Shown here one piece after another: positions 36,485 to 48,300 of a stretch of DNA of 64,000 nt (position 1 is the first letter of the stretch; each line of letters opens with the position of its first letter). The notes below the pieces were generated by a model. The model was not told the origin of the DNA. It saw only the letters and a program-made list of their open reading frames with translations, and searched no databases. Source of the DNA: Nemertoderma westbladi (lineage: Eukaryota; Animalia; Xenacoelomorpha). Where the stretch lies: contig JAUCBJ010001182.1 of the NCBI GenBank assembly GCA_032718475.1, positions 1 through 64,000 of the forward strand, given 5' to 3'. The translations under genes and the position numbers were made by a program.

Positions 36485-37110
36485 CTCGTCTGGTCGGTGG
36501 AGTTCGGCTAGCTAGCAGTGTAGTTCTTAGAGTTTAACTGGGGCGGCAGCTCGGATTTAGTTACTGTGACGGGATCCAGGAGGGATCCCGATTTATCCGA
36601 TGTGGTAATTTAGTCCACGCGTCCCCGCCGTGTATAAGGGTGGAATAAAGTAACTGAGTTCTGAAGTTCGGTGTATAATAATAATAGGGCATAGGATATA
36701 GATATAGATATAATGTGTACAAGGCGGGATACGGTAACTAAAGTCCCGTGATCCCCTAACTAAACTAATTGACTACCAACCTACGCTAGCACTGCTACAC
36801 TGAGATAACTGAATCACTGATTAATAGGTTATTGGTTATATTGCACGGTGGCCTTACTGCTACTCAATCGATGCCTTTCCCCCCTCTGATTGGTTAATAC
36901 CCTTGTTGGCGCCCCGTGGAGTATTCCCGTTCACTCCACCTGTTCTCTCTGGGTTAGGGGTTTGGCCCCTGACCCTCTATTGTGTGCTTCCTTCCCACTC
37001 TTATTGGGATGGCACGAGTTGGTTAATTGCCCAATCTCGTGGCTCCCAATATTGCTTATCGGCTTATAACTTTATGGGGTGTTGGCGGGATTGAATAAGC
37101 TAACATAGAC

Positions 37111-39215
37111 GATATACTCGTGGCCAGCTCTTCCCCAGCCGACCATCAGCGACATCTTCGTCTTCTGTTCCAGAGACTCGCCAAATATGGACTCATTATT
37201 AATGTTGCCAAATGCGTTTTCGGCGTCGCCGAACTAGACTTCCTCGGCCATCACATATCGGCTGCCGGGGTGTCACCTCTCAGCGACCACGTTGCCGCTA
37301 TCCAGAACTTTCCTGAACCAACCAACATCAAGGGTTTACAAGAGTTTTTAGGACTCGTTAACTTTTATCATCGTTTTATTCCGCACGCAGCTCAACTCTT
37401 GCAGCCCCTTCACGAAGCTACAAAGTCGAGTAAGGATAAAACTATCACGTTTACGAGTGACATGAGAACAGCTTTTTCAGCTGCCAAACATGCGCTTTGC
37501 AAAGCCACATTACTCTCACACCCCGTCTCTACCGCTACAACGAGTTTAAATGTTGATGCATCCGACAAAGCTGTTGGTGGGGCCCTGGAACAATAAATTA
37601 ATGGGGCGTGGCGGCCAATCTCGTTCTTTTCCCGTAAATTACAGCCGGCTGAAACTCGCTATTCAGCATTTGACCATGAGTTGTTGGCAATCTACCTTGG
37701 TATTCGTCACTTTCGCTACTTTCTGGAGGGCCGGTTGTTCCATATCTTCACGGACCACAAACCACTCACGTTCGTTTTCTCCAGTGCTTCTACCAACTGG
37801 TCACCTAGGCAACAACGTCACCTATCCTTTATTAGCGAGTTTACTACGGATGTGCGTCATATAGAAGGAAACAATAATGTCGTAGCTGATGTATTATCCC
37901 GCATCTGCATCAAACCCGATATTCCAATGATCTATGCATCTACAACACAGACCCATATTGATTATGGCGCCCTCGCACGGGACCAGCAGTCCGACCCGGA
38001 GACGCAGTCGTACCGAACTGCAATGACAGGTCTCATCATCAGAGACGTTCCCCTTACGAATAGTTCACAATCCATCATGTGTGATATTTCTACTCAACAT
38101 CCTCGACCAATTGTTCCTCTCGTATGGCGCCGTCATATATACGATTGTGTGCACAACCTATCACACCCGGGAATCCGTTCATCCCGCCACCTCGTTGCAG
38201 AGTTCGGTTTGTTTGGCATGGTCTCCATAAGTAAGTTGGAGCATGGGCACGCACCTGTTTATCTTGTCAACGGGCCAAGATTCATAAACATAATTCTGCG
38301 CCATTACAATCTTTTAGTGTTCCAGATCGCTGGTTTGCTGTGATCCATGTGGACATTGTCGGACCACTTCCGATTTCTCAAGGAAACTCATATATATTCA
38401 CTATAGTTGATCGATTTACATGCTGGCCCGAAGCTATTCCCATTATGGAAGCTACTACCTTAGCTTGCGCGCGAGCCCTTCTCACTCACTGGGTTGCTCG
38501 TTATGGCGTCCCGAGTGACATTACCTCAGACCACGGCCGGCAGTTTACATCCAACCTGTGGAGCAACCTCAACAAACTCCTTGGGAGCCATGGCCACCAT
38601 ACTACAGCCTACCATCTTCAAGCCAATGGGCTGGTTGAACGGTTTCACCGTGGGATTAAGGCCTCACTAAAGGGACGCTTGACAGACAGTAACTGGGTTG
38701 ATGATCTCCCTATGGTTCTTCTTGGTATCCGAGCCACACCCAAAGAAGATCTCGGTTGTTCATCCGCTGAACTGGTCTATGGGACCACCCTCCATCTTCC
38801 CGGCCAATTTTTTGAGCCCCCTGACCCCCACTCTTTCAATGACTCAGACACGGCACCCCTGCTTACTCAACTCTGCGAGTCCATGAAGACACTACGGGCT
38901 ATCCCGACATCCCATCATGGCGAACGACGAAGCCATGTTTCTAACGACACCCGTAATTGCAGCTACGCCGTCGTGCGACATGATGCTCACCGCACACCTC
39001 TCCAATGTCCTTACAATGGACCCTTCAAGGTTCTTGAGCGCAACACTAAATACATGACTCTCGAAATCAATGGCCACAAAGACACTGTCTCAATTGACAG
39101 GCTTAAACCAGCCTACATTGACTCTGATTTCGGTATTCCGTCGCCTTCAAACGTACGCCCCCTAGCGGCCCCAAGACTGACACGCCCTCGGGAGGTTTCG
39201 ATACTTTCCCCTTAG
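37111..39215 (+). pseudogene. pol: Gypsy pol part 3: RT C-terminus, RNase H and integrase, with stops and frameshifts
   Basis: DILVAS, FLGH, FLGLVNFYHRF, VDASDKAVGGALEQ*, FTDHKPL, HPG, HVDIVGPLP, ITSDHGRQF, ANGLVERFHR, PYNGPF. Confidence 0.93.
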
Positions 39216-39314
39216 CCCGCACCAAAAGTTGAGGTTACAACCCGGTCGGGCCGGATAGTTAGACCACCTGAAAGCTTATGAGTCGCGGGAATATTTTCCC
39301 ACTTGGGGGAGTAC

Positions 39315-39515
39315 TGTAGTGAACTAACATCACGAATTAATGGGTCAACATGAGAGCGGGATATTCAAACAGGGATATATAGGACTACTACCTAGGCCTA
39401 CTGTGCTGCTGTACGATACACAGCTTACTGCGCTGTCAGATCAATTATCATAACTGCATATGCAATTATATCTGTTATTAATGCTATAACTAATTATTAA
39501 TGAACGATCATTAAA
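39315..39515 (+). repeat. 3' LTR of host Gypsy element, preceded by PPT GGGGGAG
   Basis: Direct repeat of 15435-15636, followed by TSD AGGT. Confidence 0.93.
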
Positions 39516-41189
39516 AGGTCAGTGATTGGAGTGAAAATAAATTACTGGTCTTTCTCCTGTTTGGTGAACCCCTTTTGACTTTTATTAAAATTACAATTTT
39601 TACTATTTTTTTATAAATATACTAGAACTTACAGTGGCCCAGAACTTTCACTACTGTACAAAGAAAAACTCACGACAAAATAAAGAATAGAAACTTAGCT
39701 ATTTCCTTATTTTGCCCCTTCTGCCATGGGTTTTTTACTTTACTTTAATCTCCTTGGTTTTTTACTGCGATGGGTTTTTTTTCTTTCTTTTTCTAGAGTG
39801 GGTTTTTTCTGTCAGTGTATCCACAAATGATGGATATTGTCGCTTGCGGGTGGAAACAAAGCGGGGGTGGTAATACAGACTTTCTGGTAAAAGTTTTGGA
39901 TATTGCAGGTCTAGGCGGAGGCATCCTGGCTGGGATCTTTGTGGGTAAAATAACTGTAGTCGTCTTTACTTTCATATATTTTAATATTATAAACAAGTAT
40001 CAGAAAGATAACCAGTTTAAAAGCTCCACAGTCCTATAGGGGCTGTTCCGCTGTCAGTCAGAGAGGTAACAGCCTATGGGGTAAGGATTTACCCATGGGG
40101 CGCTAACTATCAGATAGTCTGATACCAACTGCCAGACAATCTTTTTCAACTATCAGATAGATGATCGCCCAGTTACAAGTTGCCTGATAGTTGTATTTTT
40201 TAAACCCCGAGTGTTGTTGACGGAGTCTGTTACTTCCGAAATCGTTGATCGTGGTGCCGGTGCCGGAATTCTGTCTTTGATTAAAAACACTGAACTTCTG
40301 AACGATGGCGGAATCTACGAAACCCGGCCGGATTCCTAATCCGAGGAGGCAACGGAGTAAATTAAACGTAAACAATGAAATGATCGCGATGGACAATTGA
40401 GTCTATTCAATATATCCAGAACGATACGATGGGGACGGAGTCTATTACAGTAGTAAACACGCAACCAAAGCGATCAGACGATGGCGAAGTAATCTACAAA
40501 ACAGAGAACGACAGGAAGGCGATAGAGTTTATGAACGAAGACGGTGGAATCTATAGGCCTAAACCTGGAACAATGCGAACAGATGAACTCCAGATGAAAA
40601 TCGACGCAAATAACAGCTTGTTTACTACTAAAATAAAACTGCATCCTGTTCTATAGGAAAAAACATTATAGGAGAAATTTTAGCAAGTTGTGTTTATTTT
40701 AGCCGATAGACAAGATTACATGTTTACCAAGTTTGGTATAATTTAGTCAAAGATTGAATGAGTTACGATTTTAAATTATCAGTGGAGGGTGAAGGATTCA
40801 GTTATACTTCAATAAAGAATAGTGATTAAACCAAGGGATACGCGATAGGCTATATGACACTGCTGTATAAATTCATTGAATGACTGTTGATTTCGAAACA
40901 TTTCATATAAATTTTAATATAATTTTGGATTTTTTTGTTTGTAATAATTGACAGATGAATTAATTTTTTTATCTAATCACATTATTATATATATTAAATA
41001 ACGAAGCACAGAAATAATACTAAGATTGAATATTGAATTGAAGGTACAGTACCGAATTGAATATTTGAGATTGAATAAAGAGTATTGAATATCTTCGGCC
41101 GTCATCCCGTTGGTGACTCCATTGGCAACCATTTCGACAGTTTCGCTTGGTTTCGGCTCTTCAGTCCCCGAATAGACCGATGGTCGGCG

Positions 41190-41460
41190 TTGTTGCTGTC
41201 CCCATGACTGAGGCTGACCCAAATGACCAACCCAAATTGCCATCTCCAGGCGCTGGAGCAGAAACTGGTGTGACCACGGTTCATGGGTGGCACTGTGGAG
41301 ACGAGCCCTGGTCTCCAGGAAGAAGGTGGATGTCTCTGGACCGGGGCGGCCAAAGGCCACAGGGTGAAAGAAATGGCCCCGGTCCACTAGGTCACGATAC
41401 TTACTCTCCGCCCAATCAGCTGAGTGCCCCCCGGCAATGATGGTTTGTTGAATGTGGCTG
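41190..41460 (-). mobile_element. Short 3' fragment of a CRE/RLE-type non-LTR retrotransposon
   Basis: HFFHPVAFG..GPETSTFFLE..RLHSATHEPWSHQFLLQRLEMAI resembles the FxPxAxETxG...LxQRISxAxQRGN C-terminus. Confidence 0.55.
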
Positions 41461-42340
41461 GGGGCCAGTGGATCTAGTAATAATTATCACAAATATATGA
41501 TTAGGTAGGCCTACATGATATTAGTTTCTCAAACCAAACCTATCCATCCATTGACGTCCAAATATATCCAATTTCTCAATCCATACTACTGGTAATCAGT
41601 ATGTAATAATGTACACTGTAATGCAATAATGTCAATGTCCAACCAAACAATGCGTTGAGTGTTATCAGACCAGCCTCCGAGAAATGTTAAGCTAACGGCT
41701 GAACGGCACCTCGCTCTGTCGCATCAGTTTTTGTAGTGGTCTAGTTCCAGGCTACCAGAATCCGTTAATAGTAATATCTGATGGCAGATACCGTGTAAAG
41801 GGAGCATGCTCCCGCCGATAATGATGAACCACTGGATTGAATGTGAATGATAATATCGGCATCGTCGATTTTGTAAGCTGATATGTGTCTCCCTCGTTGA
41901 TCAAATTGCGGTATTTTTCAGGTTGTTGAAAGGTGTTTCATTGTGCTTCTCACATAACTCTCAATCTCAAATCCAAGAGTGGATAGGAAGAAAATCTTAC
42001 AGACATGTACACTATTAATCATGTAGTACAATATGAAAGATCGTCTTTGGCTACCTTCAATTTTGTTAGATGTCCTTTGCGTCAGCTCATTTTTTTCACA
42101 TGCGAAGCCACCCACATACATCGCTCATTATCAGAAAGTTTCCAGAAGTCGTCATTTATTTACTCTCGAACGAACTGGCTCTGCTATCTGCTGTCTATAA
42201 TTTCGAGGGCAGTCACACTGAGGCCGAACTCTATTATGGCGATTCCTATACTTGTCTGCTTTTTCTTCCTTATCATACTTGAGTTGCTCAACTACAGTAG
42301 GATGCAGATAATACGTTAATATGCTTTAACTGGAAGGGGC

Positions 42341-44905
42341 ATAATAATAATAATAATATTTTTATATTGCGCCTTTCTGGGCATATTTCAAGGCGCTTAA
42401 AAATGTACCTAATTAAAACTATATTAAATATAAGACATGTTAAAAATTGTACCTAATTAAAAATGATATTAAATAAAATAAATGATGTTAAAAACAGTTA
42501 GCAATATTACAATTTAAAAAGGTGGGTTTTAAGTCTTGCTTTAAAAAGGGGTAGAGTTCCAGCGTGACGCACATCTAGTGGGAGTGAGTTCCAAATGGTC
42601 GGGGCAACAACCGAGAAGGCGCGTCTACCATAATTGTGCAAGTTGTACCTAGGGATAACCAGTAAATCTTGTTCTGCCGATCGTAGTATGCGTGCAGGTT
42701 CGTAGGGAATTAATTTATCATGTAGGTAATCTGGTGCGATTCCGTGTAAACATTTATACGTCAGCATGGCGATCTTGAACTCTATCCTACGTTTTACCGG
42801 CAGCCAGTGCAATCGCTTCAATACTGGAGTGATGTGGTCCCGTTTCTTAATGCCTTCTAGCAGTCGCGCCGCAGAATTTTGAACATATTGTAATTTGTTA
42901 ATCAAGTTTACCGGTAGTCCATAGTATAGGGAATTGTTATTATCAATCTTGTTTGTTACAAATGAATGAATTAATATTTCTAGTTTTCTAAATTTCGGAG
43001 TTGGTAGAATGCATATCGGACTGTGGTGGATATTTGTTTGGAAAACGTAAGATTCGAATCCATAATGAACCCTATATTACGCACTTTATTACTGCAGCTT
43101 ATTAAGTCATTTCCAATGTGTACGCTAGGGGGTGCAAGCTGATAACCAAATCGCGATTGTAGAAGGAGGATCTCTGTCATATCGGCATTCATTTTTAGTA
43201 GGTGGTTTTTCATCCAATCCCGTACGTCTAGCACACAGTGTTCAGTCACATCAACAGCTGTGGATGAACTCAGGGGTTTAAATGCTATATTTAGCTGCGT
43301 GTCGTCCACGTACAAGTGGTATGAAAGACCGTGTTTACATATCATGTTGGAAAGGGAACGGGTGTATATTGCAAACAACAGCGGGCCAAGTACCAAACCC
43401 TGTGGAAGACCATACTGTAGATCCATTGGTTTAGATTAGGTTGTATTGATGCAAACCTGTTGTGTTCTGTTAGATAAATATGATTTAAACAAACCCAAAG
43501 CTGTTCCTTTGACCCCTATATCATGTTCTAGAATTTACTTAGATCTAATAAAACGAGAATGACAGCCGATCCCGAATCATGTCACGGAGTATGTCATCGT
43601 TGACCTTGAGTAATGCCGTTTCAGTACTGTGAAAGGGTCTATAAGCACTCTGTAGCGGTTCAAATAACGTGTTTATGTTCATATATATCATTAGTTGGTT
43701 CGCAACAGCCCTCTCGGTCAGTTTAGATAAATATATGAGATTGGAAACCAGTCTAAAGTTCTTTAGTAACTCTGGGTTTAATCGGGCTTTCTTTATAACA
43801 GGTGTTAGTACTGCCTCCTTAAATATGTGAAGAACTGTAGCTGACGATATTGATAAATTTATTATCAATATGATAATGGGTAACAACAATTTCATTGATA
43901 GTTTCACAATTTGTGTAGGTAGCGGGTCACAAGAGCTAGATTTAGAATTCGATTCCTTAATAAGGACTTCTGCCTCATCCACAGTCACTTTGTTGAATTG
44001 GGCGAGCTTTGGTTTGCCTCCCATAGCTACGCCTTTGGTCGAAGCAACACCAGACGTGACGTCACCCGTAGCAACGCCTTCCATTGAGGCGTCATCCGTT
44101 ACAACGCTTCCCGCTGTGACGTTGCCCGTAGCAATGCCTCCCATTGAGAAGTCATTCATAGCAACACCTGCTGCTGCAATGTCGCCCGTAACAACGACTC
44201 TCGATGTGATGTCACCCATAGCAACGCCTCCCGCTGTGACGTCGTCTGTAGCATAGCCTGTCGTTGTGACGTCACCCGCATCAATGCCTGCTGCTGTGAC
44301 GTCGTCCATAGCAACGCCTGCCGCTGTGACATCATCATCATGAGCTAGATCATTGCGTATCACTTTAATCATATTTTCAAAATAATCGGCAAATCTATTT
44401 GCCAGTATATAGTCATTATCATAGGAAGGGAGAACACTATTATTCTTTCGAAAAATAAGTTTATTTACAATCGAATATAATTTCTTTTGGTCTCCAGCGC
44501 TGTCATTTATTACCCCTTTGTAATAGGATTCTTTCGCACTTGCAAGTGAATCCGCAACCACACTGCACTGTTCCCTATATGCAATACAATCAATGCATGA
44601 GTTAGATTTCCTATATTTTCGTTCTAGTTGGCGACGCTTCCTTTTCTTAGTTACAATTCCCTCGTGGTACCACGGCGCTTTGGGGCGTAGTGATACAGTT
44701 TTGTGGATAACTGGGGCATGCTTATTTAATATAGATGATAACGTCGTCGTGTAACTGTCTACCAACCGGTTGACATCATCAGTTGGGGGGAATTGACAGA
44801 GAGATGAGTTCTCTATATCATAACGAAAGTGATCCCAGTCTATTGTTTTAAATTTTCTAAAAGAAACAGATTCGGTTGCATAATGTGGTTTGGAAACATT
44901 ATGGA
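42341..44905 (-). mobile_element. 5'-truncated L2/CR1-group LINE, decayed ORF2, (TAT)n tail
   Basis: QSAYRPFHSTETALLKV, YGLPQGLVLGPLLF, YVDDTQL, HITPVLKRLHWLPV, GRRAFSVVAPTIWNSLP; 3' stem-loop and ATT repeats at ~42341-42400. Confidence 0.92.
44020..44340 (-). repeat. In-frame 30-bp (10-aa) tandem repeat, ~10 copies, inside LINE ORF2
   Basis: DDVTAAGVAM / DDVTAAGIDA / GDVTTTGYAT / DDVTAGGVAM / GDITSRVVVT / GDIAAAGVAM / NDFSMGGIAT / GNVTAGSVVT / DDASMEGVAT / GDVTSGVAST. Confidence 0.88.
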
Positions 44906-45381
44906 TAACACCGGGTTTCTCAACAAATTAACCAATTGTTTGTCGAAGCTCTTTATTGTTTATTGCCTTTTAGATGTAAAGTATCTAAGATAAGAAGATA
45001 CAGCAAAGCAATTGATATCCAAACTTACCATAAATATATTTTATTAAAGAAACTATTATAAGTATAATCATTGCTCTCCAGGTATAATCAATGATGGTCT
45101 TTGGACTATGCTTACAATATTCTATGTATCAGAGTATTGAACCATATTAACACTAATCTTATAATTAATATATAAGAAACAAATCATATTAATATTACTG
45201 TCTTTTTAGAAATTTTGAAGAAGAGGGCGGGTTTAAATGTGATTTAAATAATCAAATTCAAAGTTTTAACATAATTTATAAAATTTGAACTTTTTCTTTG
45301 TATTTTACAATCGCTCCTCGAGCTCAATTACGTTACAGTTACTGTAACGAACGAGCTTGGTAACCTAAGACGCTCAAAAAT

Positions 45382-48300
45382 ATGTTTAAACCGTCACAGA
45401 AGCAACACCAATGTTTTTATGGATCCGGTATAAACACGGATCCCATGGATTACTCAGTCAATCTGGATGTAGAAAGAAATGATTATAGGGTTCATTCCTT
45501 TATGTCGACATGTTGTAAGAAATGGAACATGCGCAAGTGGGTGTCTCTGTTCGCTGCGTTCACAATAAACTTAACTATAGGAACTTTTTATAATTTCACC
45601 AATATGGAACCCTACATAATATCATACTTACAAACAAATGAGAGAACATCATTATGGCAATACGAGGACTTGATTTGGTTACAAGCCGCTTGGACTGTCG
45701 GAATGGGGATGACTGCCTATCCAGTTGGAAGAATCTACCAAAGAAAGGGAATTCGATTTACTTGTCTGTTTGGTACAGTTTTCATGAGGTAATCACTATT
45801 TTACATGCATCTTACATAAAAATAGTTTTACTTAAATCACGAATGTGAATAAACGACCAATGCGACACAATCAATAGTTTACAATTTGATAATCATTGAA
45901 ATTTAAATTATTATTTATTATCAGCTGATTAAGAAGACCGTCTATAAGACAACGAAACCGATAAAACTAAATCATACATAATTCCGTTTCTGGGTTAGTC
46001 TGAAGCCAAAAGATGAACAAATATTTAACCATATCTAATCCCGACATCACCATGAAGCATCCAATTAAATATAAGGATATATAATATGCATGTATCCTAA
46101 TAATAATCTTCTACGAAACCTGAACAATAGGAGCTTACTCTCAAACATACAGACAGGTAGACAAACATACAGACGTTTTTTGACAGCAAGAAACCCTGAC
46201 GGTCTTCTAATCTGTAGCTTTAGTTATTGGCATTATTAACATGTTTTACATGTTTAGTTTGGGAATCTTCACGACATCACTAAGTATTAGACATTCATTT
46301 TATCTCCTCATCCTCACCTACGGGTTCGTGTTTGGTGCTGCAGCAAGCTTCATATACCTCCCGACTCTAATGAACTCCATGAAATGGATCCCGGCGTATA
46401 AAGGCCTGGGTTCAGGGATCGATCTCAGCGGTTTCGGTCTTGGGGCCTTCGTGTTTAATGCGGTAGGTTCAATTTAAGTATACATGTTTAATACAATTAG
46501 ATAATTGTACTGTAAAGTATAAATAACATAAGTCTACTCTGTGTTCACAAGTCCGACATTCCCACCTCAATGGTTAAACTGTATATATCTGATGCTAATG
46601 ACATGATTAGCTCTTGTAAGAATTTAATTTGAAATTACAAGTGTAGCAATGTATCTTAAATGCACTTTAAACTTGTGTGTGGGACCCATTTTTCTGTGAA
46701 TGCAAACTACACAACATAGTAAATAAATTGTATTTATAAGTTAAAATTAATTTATCAAATTTAAGGTTTGTTATATAAAATCTTCTATAAATATTTTATT
46801 AGATTCTGAAGTCATATATCAACCCCAACAATTTGCAGCCAAACAGTCCCCCTGACCATCCTATATACTACGCTCAACCTGATATACTCACACGGATTCC
46901 AAAAGCATTTCTTCTGTTGGGCGGAATTTTCACAGGGGTTCAATTAATATGTATAGCCCTACTGTATGAACCTCCAGCACCACCACCACCTCGACAAGAT
47001 CTCGGACCGTGGGTAAGAGATGCAGAACTCGCATGGCATCTAACACCTCGTGAAGCTCTAAAGGAAAAAAACTTTATTGTCATGTGGTTGGTATTCTTCT
47101 TTATGACATTAGATGTGGTATTCATATCTCTATTGATTCCCGAATTTTGTGGAGGTTATCTTCATGATGCGACATTCTTTTACACAGTGACCTGGTACGT
47201 TTCCCTAACAAATTGTTTCGGACGACCGTTTTGGGGGCTTTTGAGCGATTTTCTGCCATTCAAAGTGATGCTTCCCACACTTGGAATAGTCCAATCAGTG
47301 AGTGTTATTATACTGTAGTTAACTGGTCAGAATAATTACTTTTATAATTTCGATAATTTGAACGATAATTCGTAGTTATCGTTGTTGTTACATTCAGTAC
47401 TGTACATACATACTTCTTTATTACACTATTATCATTACAAATGTACAACAACTTTACAACTTTGGGAAGCATTACCTTAGCCTATAAAGCACAACAGCTA
47501 AAATGTTTGAGCTCAAAAAGGCAAATTCCCAGTTCCTCTACATTATCATCTACAGTGTCGTCTCTTCACAAACTCTTCAGGAATGGTATGATAAAGCCTA
47601 TATACATTTATATCACTTTTTAATAGAACAGACTATACCTTTATTTTTGTGAGTAATAAGCTATTATTTCGGTAGGTCTTCACAAGGAATGGGATTAATT
47701 TTAATATCGTTAACCCCTCACACTTGTACCTGAAAATGAATTGGAGTTGTGTTGACAATGCAACTGTAATTAATGATGTAATATTATGGTTTTGTGTACC
47801 TGAAAATAATGTCGGAGCATCAGATTTTCCGATCATACTTGCGGAGAAAATCTAGGATGGCTAAATCGTCTGTCCTTATCTGATCTGATCTGATCTGACG
47901 GTATCTGACACTTGTTCCACCTTGGTTCAGAGCGCACCTTGGTGTAGTGGTTATATTGAATTCATATATCTCGGAGGTGGTGGGTTCAACCCCAGCGTGG
48001 GGGCCAAGGTAGTTTTCGTTTCGGCACGAATGTTTTGAAGGGTTTAGCGAGGCATCTCTGCCTTGCATCCTTAAATGGTAGCTAAATGAGTACTGGAGTT
48101 TCTGCCTATGTCAGCATGTGAAGTTTCCCCGGTATTCCCCTTAAACCCGGGGGGGGGGGGTCAATATAACACCTCCCGCTCTGAAACTAACGATACTAAC
48201 TAAAAGACTAACTGAAACGAACTAAAAGGAATTCAAATGAAATAAGATCAGATCAGATAAGGACAGACGTTTTATTCTACCTCGATAAAATCGCCCAGCT

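Larger units (their letters stand above)
25496..37105 (-). mobile_element. Non-autonomous BEL/Pao-derived LTR retroelement (11.6 kb) lacking RT/RNase H and carrying an extra exonuclease-zinc-knuckle ORF
   Basis: 541-bp LTRs at 25496-26036 and 36565-37105 (TG...CA, one mismatch seen), TSD TAGAC (25491-25495 and 37106-37110), minus-strand PPT at 26037-26045; all element-like ORFs are on the minus strand. Confidence 0.93.
15435..39515 (+). mobile_element. Ty3/Gypsy LTR retrotransposon, CsRN1-like clade, decayed; host of three nested insertions
   Basis: LTRs at 15435-15636 and 39315-39515, 4-bp TSD AGGT (15431-15434 and 39516-39519), tRNA-Trp-like PBS, PPT, CHCC Gag, and PR-RT-RH-IN order. Confidence 0.93.

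Noticed and set aside
26656-36537. Numerous plus-strand ORFs inside the RT-less element
   Set aside because: Antisense shadows of GC-rich minus-strand ORFs with no recognisable motifs.
40030-40660. Possible orphan exon (40429-40656) and CTATCAGATAG palindromes
   Set aside because: No recognisable motif, splice partner or element boundaries; cannot be supported.
47929-48010. tRNA gene
   Set aside because: A/B boxes are present but there is no convincing cloverleaf, and it continues into a dispersed repeat body, so it is SINE-like.
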